DNA of 63,006 nucleotides, counting the filler, from Octopus bimaculoides (lineage: Eukaryota), in assembly GCF_001194135.2 (NCBI RefSeq). It is 6 parts of 6 records of this genome, joined end to end, with 100 filler letters (N's around TTAATTAATTAA, not from the genome) between each part and the next. Parts side by side here need not be neighbours in the genome. Positions count along the whole stretch, not along the records: positions 28,965 to 43,571 come from NC_068987.1; 5 more parts are not named here. One strand, 5' to 3'. The notes below the pieces were generated by a model. It was not told the DNA's origin. It did no database searches and saw only the letters and a list, made by a program, of their open reading frames with translations. Position numbers and translations under genes: made by a program. Below, piece after piece: positions 29,050 to 42,001 of this stretch; position 1 is the stretch's first letter, and the number at the start of each line of letters is the position of its first letter.

Positions 29050-29254
29050 ATACATATTTATATATATATTTATATACATATCTATTTGTAAATTTATATA
29101 TATTTATATTTATATATGTATGTATATACATAAGTTTATATATGTATATATATGTATGTATGTATGTATATATATGGATATGATTATATAAATATATATA
29201 TATATATTTATATATGATTTATATTTATATATATGTATATATAAATATAAAATC

Positions 29255-29347
<93 letters not shown>

Positions 29348-29712
29348 GATTTGCTTTTTTATTGGTAACATAAGGCGTTGTTTTCATGAAATTGACTAAC
29401 GTGTAAATATGATTAGTGTCAGTTGGTATTTCTATAGTTCGAATAAACACACACAAATCTCTGGGATCGACTTAACCCCTCCCCCCGAAGTTGCTGACCT
29501 TGTACCAAAATCTGAAATCCGTCTTATTCTATCTACTTCAAGCTCCATCGTTAAAAACGATTTATAAATGTAAAACCAGCTTAAAATCTTAGGCAAGTTT
29601 TGTCCACCCATAGAAGCATTCACACTTATTCATTGCTACAACTGTGATTACAGTAGTGAATTAGTAATATTATTTCATTGTGGCACTTTTTAGAAAACGT
29701 ATATTATAGACA

Positions 29713-30106
29713 GGAGGCTCAATGGCCCAGTGGTTAGGGCAGTGGACACGCGGTCGTAGGATCGCGGTTTCGATTCCCAGACCGGGCGTTCTGAGTTTAT
29801 TGAGTTTATTGAGCGAAAACACCTAAAGTTCCACGAGGCTCCGGTAGGGGATGGTGGCGAACCCTGCTGTACCCTTTCACGACAACTTTCTCTCATTCTT
29901 TCTTCCTTTATCGGTTGTACCTGTATTTCAAAGGGCCAGCCTTGTCACACTCTGTGTCACTCTGAATCTCCCCGAGAACTACGTTAAGGGTACACGTGTC
30001 TGTGGGGTGCTCAGCTACTTGCACGTTAATTTCACGAGCAGGCTGTTCCGTTGAGCGGATCAACTGGAACCCTTGTCGTCGTAACCGACGGAGGGCCAAC
30101 AACAAT
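29713..30106 (+). mobile_element. Full-length tRNA-headed SINE family K
   Basis: A-box TGGCCCAGTGG (29723-29733), B-box GTTTCGATTCC (29767-29777), body shared with the 25038 copy, (CAA)n tail. Confidence 0.85.
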
Positions 30107-30126
30107 TATAGAAAATGTACATTGTA

Positions 30127-30504
30127 GGCGCATGCGTGGCTGTGTGGTAAGAAGCTTGCTTTCGAACCACATGGCTCTGGGTTCAGTCCTACTGCGTAGC
30201 ACCTTGGGCAAGTGTCTTCTGCTGTAGTCTCGCGCCGACCAAAGCCTTATCAGTGGATTCGGTAGACGGAAACTGAAAGTCCGCCGCGTGTGTGTGTATG
30301 CGTTCCCCCACCATCGCTCGACAACCCAATGTTGGTGTGTTTGCGCCCCTGTAACTAGGCAGTTCGGCAAAAGATACCGATGGAACAAGTAATAGGCTCA
30401 CAAAGAATAACTCCTGGGGGCGATTTCTTCAACTAAAACCCTTCAAGGTGGTGCTCCAGCATGGCCACACTCAAGTGACTGAAACATGTAAAAGAGTAAA
30501 AGAA
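30127..30504 (+). mobile_element. Full-length SINE family A
   Basis: Head GGCGCATGCGTGGCTGTGTGGTAAG, central CCTTGGGCAAGTGTCTTCT, internal (GT)n, tail GGTGGTGCTCCAGCATGGCC...TGACTGAAAC...AAAAGAGTAAAAGA. Confidence 0.9.
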
Positions 30505-30749
30505 TACATTTACCTTTTATCGGAACTCCGACGATCACCACCTGAAGACGATCCTAGCAGACGATCCTATTAGCTGTCTGTCATGGAAGTTTTCTCTCTT
30601 CACGACAGTGAGAAAGGCTGCCGCCTTATGGTTGATAAAGTTTCACATACGTTGTTGCAGGTGTTGCTGTCTGAACGCGTAGGGGTCAGAAGAGGCCCCG
30701 CAAGGCATTCTGTTCGACTATTTAGCAGTTCTGTCAGTCTACTATCATG

Positions 30750-30900
30750 ACTTGGTACTGTTTTTATTGACATCGCCCCGAAAAAATGAAAAGCAAAATT
30801 CCGATCTCGGTGGGATTTGAACTCAGAACACAGAGGCTGGAAAAATATACCACGAACCAGTCTATTCAACGCTACGACTATTCAACCAGTTCCTTGCCTT
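30750..30900 (-). mobile_element. Degenerate SINE family B copy
   Basis: Reverse complement contains GTTCTGAGTTCAAATCCCACCGAGATCGG..TTTTGCTTTTCAT. Confidence 0.6.
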
Positions 30901-30964
30901 AAATTACCCGCATGAAAATAATACTGTGTATCCATGTATGTATGCATGAATGTATGTATGTATG

Positions 30965-30995
<31 letters not shown>

Positions 30996-31290
30996 TGAGG
31001 GTGCGTGCCTACTAGTTAGAGTTTTGCACTCAAGATCATGAAACGTGGGTTCGGTCCCCGGACCGGGTAGTGCATTGTATTCTTGAGCAAAACATTTCGT
31101 CTCACGTTGTTCAGCAGTCATTTCGATATCTAGCTTGTGGCATACTGTGAACTTGTACAAGTAAAGTAATATCGATTTGATGGAGGAAACCAGCTAATGT
31201 GCAGCACAAATATTCAATCACTATAAACAAATCATTTGTGCAGGTTGTTGGGCAAGAAATTACAGAACTCTCTACCTCGGCCTCGAGAGG
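30996..31290 (+). mobile_element. tRNA-headed SINE family G, degenerate
   Basis: TAGTTAGAG...GGGTTCGGTCCCCGGACCGGG...TTCTTGAGCAAAACA; related reverse copy at 37325-37445. Confidence 0.55.
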
Positions 31291-32493
31291 ATACCGTATA
31301 CATACTCATGTATGTATAAATAATAGCACGTAAATAATGCGTTGAAAAAAATATTTAAAAAAAAAACAAAAAAGCGGTGAAGACTCCCCTTCAGCTTTTT
31401 CTATCCCAAAGTGGGGTTCTCCTCATCATTCTATTGTTTATAGCTTTAAGTGTTTCGAGATCTACCGTCCCCCCAAAATAATTATTTTACGTTCTCCCGA
31501 AAATTTATGAATATATATNNNNNNNNNNNNNNNNNNNNNNNNNNNNNNNNNNNNNNNNNNNNNNNNNNNNNNNNNNNNNNNNNNNNNNNNNNNNNNNNNN
31601 NNNNNNNNNNNNNNNNNNNNNNNNNNNNNNNNNNNNNNNNNNNNNNNNNNNNNNNNNNNNNNNNNNNNNNNNNNNNNNNNNNNNNNNNNNNNNNNNNNNN
31701 NNNNNNNNNNNNNNNNNNNNNNNNNNNNNNNNNNNNNNNNNNNNNNNNNNNNNNNNNNNNNNNNNNNNNNNNNNNNNNNNNNNNNNNNNNNNNNNNNNNN
31801 NNNNNNNNNNNNNNNNNNNNNNNNNNNNNNNNNNNNNNNNNNNNNNNNNNNNNNNNNNNNNNNNNNNNNNNNNNNNNNNNNNNNNNNNNNNNNNNNNNNN
31901 NNNNNNNNNNNNNNNNNNNNNNNNNNNNNNNNNNNNNNNNNNNNNNNNNNNNNNNNNNNNNNNNNNNNNNNNNNNNNNNNNNNNNNNNNNNNNNNNNNNN
32001 NNNNNNNNNNNNNNNNNNNNNNNNNNNNNNNNNNNNNNNNNNNNNNNNNNNNNNNNNNNNNNNNNNNNNNNNNNNNNNNNNNNNNNNNNNNNNNNNNNNN
32101 NNNNNNNNNNNNNNNNNNNNNNNNNNNNNNNNNNNNNNNNNNNNNNNNNNNNNNNNNNNNNNNNNNNNNNNNNNNNNNNNNNNNNNNNNNNNNNNNNNNN
32201 NNNNNNNNNNNNNNNNNNNNNNNNNNNNNNNNNNNNNNNNNNNNNNNNNNNNNNNNNNNNNNNNNNNNNNNNNNNNNNNNNNNNNNNNNNNNNNNNNNNN
32301 NNNNNNNNNNNNNNNNNNNNNNNNNNNNNNNNNNNNNNNNNNNNNNNNNNNNNNNNNNNNNNNNNNNNNNNNNNNNNNNNNNNNNNNNNNNNNNNNNNNN
32401 NNNNNNNNNNNNNNNNNNNNNNNNNNNNNNNNNNNNNNNNNNNNNNNNNNNNNNNNNNNNNNNNNNNNNNNNNNNNNNNATATATATATTATG

Positions 32494-32528
<35 letters not shown>

Positions 32529-33050
32529 TATATATATTCTTATGACGTTAACTATATATATAAATATATATATATATTCTATCTCTCTCTTCTATCTTTT
32601 CTCTTTTCAAAGAAAATACTTCTCCAGCATTCGCTATTTTACCCTCGTTCTGGTCTAACGACCCTTCATGTTTGTTTTCGTTCAGTTCCCTTGCATGTCT
32701 CCACTGTCCTATTTTTGTTCCCAACTTTGACCTTCCATAAATCTATATATAACACCCGAGGCTATAACTTCTGAGCCCGAGTCAAGTGCATGTGAACGCT
32801 GTCGAGAAAATGTCTATCCGCTACGGATCTATTTGTTACGAATACTTTTTGACATAGGGCACCGCTAAGAATGCTGAACGAAATGAAATGAACTGCGACC
32901 AGGCTCAATAAAAGGAGCCCGAGTATTTTAGCTGCAATTACATACTTGAATCAATGTTGGCAGAAATTATATCAGCTTGCAAATATACGTTCACTTTACT
33001 AAATTTATACTCGGGCTAAGCCTGAACAGCCCGAGTACCGGAGTCGCCAC

Positions 33051-33082
<32 letters not shown>

Positions 33083-33088
<6 letters not shown>

Positions 33089-33280
33089 ATACAAATGATA
33101 TGTGAGCGTATGCATATATACATACATATATGTACATACCTACTTCTACATGTATATATAGATGCATATCCGGGTACAGGACGTCAAAAAACGTGGCATC
33201 TATATTTATACATGTAGATGTAGGTATGTACATATATGTATGTATATATGCATATGCTCACATATCATTTGTATTATTAT
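33083..33280. repeat. Fold-back: about 84-bp inverted arms (33083-33165 and 33196-33280) around a 30-bp spacer
   Basis: ATAATAATACAAATGATATGTGAGC...TAGATGC versus GCATCTA...GCTCACATATCATTTGTATTATTAT. Confidence 0.9.
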
Positions 33281-33899
33281 ATTATCGAACGCTACGCGTC
33301 CATTTGCAAGTAAGTTTTAACTATATATATATATATATAGAGTTATTAATATTTCTAAGTCTCTCNNNNNNNNNNNNNNNNNNNNNNNNNNNNNNNNNNN
33401 NNNNNNNNNNNNNNNNNNNNNNNNNNNNNNNNNNNNNNNNNNNNNNNNNNNNNNNNNNNNNNNNNNNNNNNNNNNNNNNNNNNNNNNNNNNNNNNNNNNN
33501 NNNNNNNNNNNNNNNNNNNNNNNNNNNNNNNNNNNNNNNNNNNNNNNNNNNNNNNNNNNNNNNNNNNNNNNNNNNNNNNNNNNNNNNNNNNNNNNNNNNN
33601 NNNNNNNNNNNNNNNNNNNNNNNNNNNNNNNNNNNNNNNNNNNNNNNNNNNNNNNNNNNNNNNNNNNNNNNNNNNNNNNNNNNNNNNNNNNNNNNNNNNN
33701 NNNNNNNNNNNNNNNNNNNNNNNATATATATATATGTATATATATCGCCCTATCGGACGGCTTCTAAGCTAGCTCCTGTCGAGGGCTCTTCCTTGGGCTT
33801 TGGGCCCAACAATGACACTTTATGCATTGAGTACATATTAAATTTCATTAAACTTGACCAATATTTTTCAAGCAATGAACAATTTTCGTCAAAGCAATG

Positions 33900-34428
33900 A
33901 TATAATTTGTCGACTTGGAACTTATTGCAAAGCTGCATCATAAACATTTTTTGTCTTCCCATTCGGGTGTCAGTACAATTTTTTTTTCTGTCGAGCCTCT
34001 TTCCCTCTCTCTCTTTCTGTTGATTGTTTTCAACCATCACGAGTACCACCACCCTCGTCACCACAACTGCCGTACACACGCCATTCAGACTTCTCACGCC
34101 ACCATCATCAATACTTTTAACTTCGCCTCCTTCCCCTCTACCACCATCACCACTGTTTTTCACATCGCTTACTATCACCATTGTCCCTGACTGCTTCAGC
34201 CACCACCACCACCACCACCACTTTCGCCTCAGCCTCTATCACAATTACAGCTCATACTATTACTATTACCCCCTTACCATCACAACCGTCAATCTACTAC
34301 CGTCTCCATGCCTATTATTACTATCACCCCAACATGAACAATAGTATGAGTGTCAATGAACAGTGAGAGAGAGGGTCGAAATGTGACACACTGACACAGA
34401 AATTAGTTTCTGCATTTATTATATTAGA
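33900..34428 (-). mobile_element. Possible non-autonomous Helitron 5' end with CAC/CAT-rich body
   Basis: Minus strand begins A|TCTAATATAATAAATGCAG, like the 5' end at 40956. No convincing hairpin-CTAG 3' end found. Confidence 0.35.
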
Positions 34429-34476
34429 TATATCCTATATACTATATATATGTATCTTATATATATATATATATAT

Positions 34477-35114
<638 letters not shown>

Positions 35115-35371
35115 NNNNNNNNNNNNNNNNNNNNNNNNNNNNNNNNNNNNNNNNNNNNNNNNNNNNNNNNNNNNNNNNNNNNNNNNNNNNNNNNNNNNNN
35201 NNNNNNNNNNNNNNNNNNNNNNNNNNNNNNNNNNNNNNNNNNNNNNNNNNNNNNNNNNNNNNNNNNNNNNNNNNNNNNNNNNNNNNNNNNNNNNNNNNNN
35301 NNNNNNNNNNNNNNNNNNNNNNNNNNNNNNNNNNNNNNNNNNNNNNNNNNNNNNNNNNNNNNNNNNNNNNN

Positions 35372-35457
<86 letters not shown>

Positions 35458-35944
35458 CGCATAGTCGATTGTATCGACTTCAATATTCGCTTGGTATTTA
35501 TGTTATCGACTCCAGCAAAGTAATTAAAGGACTCTAACGAAATGTCGTGATGCATATGGTCCAATGTTCTAGTCTATTGATTCTGTTCTGCGAACCCACG
35601 GCCATTATGGTGTCTATATATGTAATTAATATAGTTTTTAAATCTTGCATTTATATGATATAGATTTCTTTACAATTGTCTAATCATCAATGCCAAATGT
35701 TGCGATTAATACAGGGATTACAAAGCTATATATGATAGGTGAATTATTCCACCATATTTTCAGCACGACAGCCTGCAGATTGGAACTTAATTGCCAATTG
35801 ATAGTTCTTCATTTATGTAATCCAACTGCAATCCGCTGTGAATCTCATTTGTATAAAATTATCTCTAAATAATCTGTTATCTATGTTATGGCAGTGTATT
35901 GTAGGTAACATTCTATGCCATCCGGCCGGGCGTCTAGGCTAGTC

Positions 35945-36340
35945 TAATGCAACTCTTCCACGCCAGATGTTCTGATCTGCCATAGCAGTCTTTATATCTC
36001 CAGCCTAATATCTAGTTTCTTACACAAGTTAATAGATATTTGTTCTTCTTGGTCAGTCAATACATGTATGTCCATGCGTGGGTTTCCAGAGAAGGAGATC
36101 TTTAGATATTTCATTCTCGCATCCTGCATCATATGCTCTTCATTCTCAATATACCTAGTTGATAGTAGGAAGACTGTCATACAGTTGTTACTTCGTAGGG
36201 TGTTTCTACCACAAGATTGACAACTGCACAAAGCCTTCCCGTGTATGAATCGTCATGCTTCTTTTCAAGTTTATTGTCCAATGTCCGTGTTGAAGAGTCA
36301 TAGAGAAATTCTCATTCAACGACAGCTTAGAATAAAACCC
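35945..36340 (-). pseudogene. RTE-like LINE C-terminal fragment, same type as 11050-11400
   Basis: KLEKKHDDSYT...KHPTK*QLYDSLPTIN...AGCENEISKDLLLWKPTHGHTCID*PRRT...DIKTAMADQNIWRGRV. Confidence 0.75.
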
Positions 36341-36642
36341 CCTCTATGTTCCTAGGAAGGTAACATACACTAAATTTTAAATCCACATGGAGAGAGATCC
36401 TGTTTAAATATTCCATGTTGTTCTCAGAGGTTTGCTTGTAATTTAACCTATTCTTATTAATATTTGAATCTAATTTGTCGACATTTATCTAATGTTACCG
36501 CTCAGCAAACATTGTTAGCATATATTTCCACTTATCTTGAAACATAACCGTTTTACAATTCTTCATAAATGGTTTGTACTATAGGTACATTGCTTCAAAT
36601 TTAGGAGAAGGTAGTTGATTACATTGACATCGACACTTGACT

Positions 36643-36758
36643 GAAAGTTATTTTATCGACCCCGCATGAAAGGTAAAGTAATCGTCATAAGGAGACAGAC
36701 GAAATGCTACTAAGCATTTTGTCCGACGCGCTAAAGATTCTTTGAGCATTTCGCCTTA
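36643..36758 (-). mobile_element. SINE family B, internally deleted
   Basis: Reverse complement AAGGCGAAATGCTCAAAGAATCTTTAGCGCGTCGGACAAAATGCTTAGTAGCATTTCG...GGGGTCGATAAAATAA. Confidence 0.65.
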
Positions 36759-37155
36759 AAATGCTTCTTAAATTATCAATATTTTTGTATATACAAATCC
36801 TTCCTGTGCAGCCACTAGTTCGTGGACATACTGGTTGTACCCCACCCCTTTATCATTACCTATATAGAAAATTTTCTCGATATAATTTTTGGAACGTCTC
36901 TGTTACATATTTGGTTGGGTCCTTAATTATTAAAGCATAAACCATCTAAGCCAAGGGAGTTCTTTTTACACATTATCCATACAATTTCTAAATATTTGTA
37001 TTCTCCTGTTATTAGTATCAAAGGATCAAAGGTCCTCTTTTGCCTCACAGGCGGCATCCCGGATTCTGTGACGTATATATTCCACGTCCACATTCCTGGA
37101 CGGGACGCCGGTCCGTCGCAGAATTACTCCTTTTTGTCAGCAGAATGGTCTAGAA

Positions 37156-37324
37156 CAGTGGTTCCCAACCTAGGTTTCGCGGACCCCTGGTGGTGCGCGA
37201 ACTAAATTCAAAATTTCATATATATATATATATATATAAGGATAAGCATATTAAAAGAGGTCCGTGGGAAAACTCGTTTAAATAAAAGAGCTGGCAACCA
37301 CTGCGCAAAGGTTGGGAACCACTG
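37156..37324. mobile_element. 169-bp hAT-superfamily (Charlie-like) MITE
   Basis: Perfect 16-bp TIRs CAGTGGTTCCCAACCT / AGGTTGGGAACCACTG; 8-bp TSD GTCTAGAA / GTCTAAAA (NTCTAGAN type). Confidence 0.9.
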
Positions 37325-37445
37325 GTCTAAAACAACGTTAAATGAGGTGTTTTGCTAAAGAGCACAACGCATCACCCGGTCCAGGAAACGAAACCACAAT
37401 CTTACGCTTATGAGTGCAACACCCTTAACCACTAAGCAACGTGTT
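37325..37445 (-). mobile_element. SINE family G head; its continuation (about 37095-37155) is separated by the hAT MITE
   Basis: Reverse complement CTTAGTGGTTAAGGGTGTTGCACTCATAAGCGTAAGATTGTGGTTTCGTTTCCTGGACCGGG...GCTCTTTAGCAAAACAC. Confidence 0.65.
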
Positions 37446-37716
37446 TCCGATAATGAACCTTCTCTATATCTGTTACTTATACACAGACATACACTCATCT
37501 TCCCCAAATAGATATATGTGCATATGTAGCATAAATATCTGTATATGTATATGAATGTATGCGTATANNNNNNNNNNNNNNNNNNNNNNNNNNNNNNNNN
37601 NNNNNNNNNNNNNNNNNNNNNNNNNNNNNNNNNNNNNNNNNNNNNNNNNNNNNNNNNNNNNNNNNNNGTTGTGGTAGCAGACCACGAAACATGGTTGAAA
37701 TTCCTCCTATATATAT

Positions 37717-37990
37717 AATCCAACGCTTTGCGCATTTTGCTTCGCAATGATAGAAAGAGCTGACATCGAAAGAACGAAAAGTGACGTCGTTGCGAACGCT
37801 TAGCTGCCACAAGCCAGTTATTCCTGTGGTAACTTTGACATCTCTCGGTAGGCGCGTCTAGCTCGTCGTTGTTCGGAAATGATCGACGAGCATCGCTTTC
37901 TCGCTCTGTATTCGCTGAGCTTGCCTTGGGACACCTGCGTTACCGTCTGACAGACATATTGCCCCAGTAAAACTTCACACCCGACACTGT
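37717..37990 (-). pseudogene. 28S (LSU) rRNA pseudogene fragment from the conserved 3' domain, diverged and internally deleted
   Basis: Plus strand AATCCAACGCTT...ACAATGATAG(G)AAGAGC(C)GACATCGAA...GCCACAAGCCAGTTAT.CCTGTGGTAACTT and GCCTT(A)GGACACCTGCGTTACCGT.TGACAG...GCCCCAGT.AAACT matches the remembered antisense of eukaryotic 28S. Confidence 0.9.
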
Positions 37991-38215
37991 TTTCGTTAGG
38001 TTATTTGGAATATGTTTGTGACATATTTCAACTGTTAGAAGGCAAACACCCTGCAGTTACCGTGGAGAATAAATCTCTCTTATTGTGAAAATGTGTGAGA
38101 ACACGTGATCTATTAGGAATCCCAGACATCTATGTTTGAAGATTTTGGGCTCTCGTCAATGAGATGTACCTAAGAGAGGCACCTCTGAACGAACTTATAA
38201 AGCCATAACTTTGTG

Positions 38216-38510
38216 TATCAGGTCATCCCATAAGTTCTGTCCGATTTTACCTGTTTTAAAATTGAATGAAATTTGATAATATTTTAGAATGTCTAATGGA
38301 ATTTAAAATTATTTTTATGCATTTGTGTACATTTAAACTAATTAAATATTATTTTACAGAATAATAGAATTAAAATTTCTTTGATTAAAACCATTTCTGA
38401 ATTGGAAATATCCAAAGAGCATTTGAGGTACATAATGCTTTATGAATACAAAAAAAGAAACACTGCAGCCGAAGCGACTCGAAACATGCACTCAGTTTAT
38501 GGGAAAGAAG
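38216..38510 (+). mobile_element. mariner element 5' end: TIR plus transposase N-terminus, truncated
   Basis: TA followed by TIR-like TCAGGTCATCCCATAAGTTCTGTCCGATTTT. From 38402 reads (L)EISKEHLRYIMLYEYKKRNTAAEATRNMHSVYGKE, the mariner N-terminal HTH (…EHLRHIMLYEFKKG.SAAEA.RNI..VYG). Confidence 0.85.
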
Positions 38511-39252
38511 GCCGTTTCTGGGGTCCATTCGTCCGAGTAAAAAAGGAATCTTAATATCCATTTTTAGAGAATGTCTCCTTCATTAGGGAAAAAGTGATAT
38601 TTACGGTAGATATGCATTCAGTGCATTGGCAAGGTATGAGGTAATTGCCAGCTTTTATAAAAAAAGATATAACTATGCAAATAATGGAAGTCTTTATGAA
38701 AGCTGATGGGAGTAAAAATTACGTTACTTACTGAATTTATTGAAATTTATATTCGGCAATATATTGTTATAGGTAATAGGATGTTAAGTTGTGCAACGGA
38801 AATTATTAAGGCAATTATTGAGTACACTCCGACTTATATAGTTTCATGAAAGTAGTGTAGTATCAGCGATTACACGAATGAATAGCGTCGGAAAACTTAT
38901 TATAGTAGAATTATGCAGGCGACGGATTGTGTAGGATTCTTTTATGCACATTCTACATCTACCCATAATGGTATTGTAACTGGAGGGAGGGTCATCTATA
39001 ATAGACCAAGCTAGTGTGTAATTCATGTTTTGTTATTTTAAATCATGTATGTATCTAGCTAGTGCCGTTCAAATTTTGTATTCTATCTTATTGAAAGAAT
39101 TTAAATGGGTTCTATATCGTCTCTTAAAATCTATGATGCTTCCTATATATACTCTTACTTGATGTTTGTCATTTGCCAAATTTTTATTTTTTATAAATTG
39201 ATTTTAATTGAGTTTTTACCTGTAATTTTGGATTTTGTCCCTAATATTATTA

Positions 39253-39296
<44 letters not shown>

Positions 39297-39572
39297 CTGT
39301 GGTTGTCTAGTATGACACAATACGATTTGTTTTACCTTTTTGAATATTCACCATCATTTTTTTTTCTTTTGTAGTTTATTGATGCAAATTTGCTCAAAAT
39401 TCAACTTCATATTATAAAGAATAGATAATTTATTATTTACGTAAACAAATATTATAAAGAATATATAATTTATTATTACATACTCCATTATATTAAATCG
39501 GTAAAGATGAAAATATTCGTAACAGAAAAATGCAGTTTCTTGAAGCTGTCGAAAAAGAGGATTTATACGTAA

Positions 39573-40956
39573 CTAGCAGAAATACCCGGCGTTGCCCGGG
39601 TTAACAAGAATAATGAAATCTAAAAACGCCGTCTAGACTACGCATCATCTTTATATATAGAGATGTATATACACACACGCACCCAAACACACGTATATAT
39701 ATGTATATCAATATAAATATATGAAAGTCAATGAAGTTTCGTAAAAGAAGGTGATCATGTACATACTTTCTTGCTGTTGTGATTATAACACCTCGTTGTA
39801 AACAATGTTCCTTGTTTTCCCTTGTGGAGCATATACAAATAGGTTTTTTTTGCTGCCCACTCTTGAGCAGCCAACATACAGTTGTCCATGTGAGNNNNNN
39901 NNNNNNNNNNNNNNNNNNNNNNNNNNNNNNNNNNNNNNNNNNNNNNNNNNNNNNNNNNNNNNNNNNNNNNNNNNNNNNNNNNNNNNNNNNNNNNNNNNNN
40001 NNNNNNNNNNNNNNNNNNNNNNNNNNNNNNNNNNNNNNNNNNNNNNNNNNNNNNNNNNNNNNNNNNNNNNNNNNNNNNNNNNNNNNNNNNNNNNNNNNNN
40101 NNNNNNNNNNNNNNNNNNNNNNNNNNNNNNNNNNNNNNNNNNNNNNNNNNNNNNNNNNNNNNNNNNNNNNNNNNNNNNNNNNNNNNNNNNNNNNNNNNNN
40201 NNNNNNNNNNNNNNNNNNNNNNNNNNNNNNNNNNNNNNNNNNNNNNNNNNNNNNNNNNNNNNNNNNNNNNNNNNNNNNNNNNNNNNNNNNNNNNNNNNNN
40301 NNNNNNNNNNNNNNNNNNNNNNNNNNNNNNNNNNNNNNNNNNNNNNNNNNNNNNNNNNNNNNNNNNNNNNNNNNNNNNNNNNNNNNNNNNNNNNNNNNNN
40401 NNNNNNNNNNNNNNNNNNNNNNNNNNNNNNNNNNNNNNNNNNNNNNNNNNNNNNNNNNNNNNNNNNNNNNNNNNNNNNNNNNNNNNNNNNNNNNNNNNNN
40501 NNNNNNNNNNNNNNNNNNNNNNNNNNNNNNNNNNNNNNNNNNNNNNNNNNNNNNNNNNNNNNNNNNNNNNNNNNNNNNNNNNNNNNNNNNNNNNNNNNNN
40601 NNNNNNNNNNNNNNNNNNNNNNNNNNNNNNNNNNNNNNNNNNNNNNNNNNNNNNNNNNNNNNNNNNNNNNNNNNNNNNNNNNNNNNNNNNNNNNNNNNNN
40701 NNNNNNNNNNNNNNNNNNNNNNNNNNNNNNNNNNNNNNNNNNTTTGACATGTAATACTTAAATAGTGGAGGAGATATGTTGCCGTGTGCTCGAACTCTGC
40801 AAGAAGTTAAACATTTTTTTGACTAAAACACAACCGGAACCCTAAGTAAGGCATGTGTAAAATTTTAATGAAATTGGTTGTGTAGTTCTCGAGTTTTAGG
40901 GATTTACACAGACAGACAGACAGACAGACACACATTCTCATTTTTATATATATAGA
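39573..40956 (-). mobile_element. Helitron (composite), spanning an N-gap
   Basis: Minus 5' end A|TCTATATATATAAAAATG at 40956, followed by (TGTC)n. Minus 3' end hairpin ACCCGG-GCAACG-CCGGGT then ATTTCTG-CTAG|T at 39573. RepHel C-terminus inside. A second A|TCTCTATATATAAAG start lies at 39663. Confidence 0.85.
39783..39893 (-). CDS. Partial CDS: C-terminus of Helitron RepHel (PIF1-like helicase); 5' part lost in the gap; this frame is absent from the ORF track
   Basis: SHGQLYVGCSRVGSKKNLFVYAPQGKTRNIVYNEVL* is uninterrupted and matches the Helitron motif FSHGQLYVAxSRV...T.NIVY.EVL. Confidence 0.9.
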   Translation of the reverse strand, partial: SHGQLYVGCSRVGSKKNLFVYAPQGKTRNIVYNEVL

Positions 40957-41354
40957 TTATGGTATTGAACCTGGGAAAAGGTGAATGGAGAGCAGATACC
41001 GGTTTGGTTTAGACATACAAATGCTGAATGAAATGGAACGAAACTAAACGATAAATTATTGAAGTTCAGCTTATATTCAATTAACGTTATGAAATTATTA
41101 CCATACTAAATATTAAAATTCTATATACTAAGTTAATTAAACAACGATCCTTAGTGCAATAATTATATACTAAATATTTTAGAGTATTAAAACCAACAGA
41201 CTGCACACTAAAGCCTCGCCAGTTAATCGTCCTGGTGTGATTATATCAAAAATATTAGTAATTATATTAGGTTAAAGGTAGTTTGTGGTATAGTATAAGC
41301 TTGTACTTTCATAAATGTCAGTGTGAATGTGTGTGTGAGAGTGTGTATGTCTGT

Positions 41355-41429
<75 letters not shown>

Positions 41430-41745
41430 TGTGTGTGTGCCTGTGTTTGTGTGTGTGTGTATGCGTATGTGTTTGGATGTTCGTGTATGTGTGTCTGTTT
41501 TTGCGTGTGTGTTTGGGAATGATATCCGATTAACTGCATTTCCCTGTCGTACTTTAATTGGGAGTCACTCGTTAATTGTGGTGTAAGCTAAATCACATTT
41601 TGTTGTTGCAGTTGCTGTTGTTATTAATGTTACTGTTGAGTTTGTTTTTAACGTTGTTGCTGCAGCTGCAGTTTCATCCCAGGAGAGCTCTTGTTCATCA
41701 AAAACTATGACGAACAGCAACTTAGCTATGACTAAACTGTTTATT

Positions 41746-41905
41746 GGCGCAGCATGGCTTTGTGGTAACAAGTTTGCTTCCCAGTCATATGGTTCTGGGT
41801 CCAGTCCCACTGAGTGACCCCTTGTATAAGTGTCTTCTATTATAGACCCTGGCTGACCAAAACATTTTGAGTGGATTTGGTAGGTAGAAACTGAAAAGCC
41901 CATCG

Positions 41906-41907
<2 letters not shown>
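41746..41907 (+). mobile_element. SINE family A, 5' half ending in (ATCT)n
   Basis: GGCGCAGCATGGCTTTGTGGTAAC...GAGTGGATTTGGTAGGTAGAAACTGAAAAGCCCATCG. Confidence 0.85.

Positions 41908-42001
<94 letters not shown>

Noticed and set aside
30538-30570. CTGAAGA-CGATC...GACG partial hammerhead
   Set aside because: GAAA is missing; explainable as a short tandem GACGATCCTA duplication.
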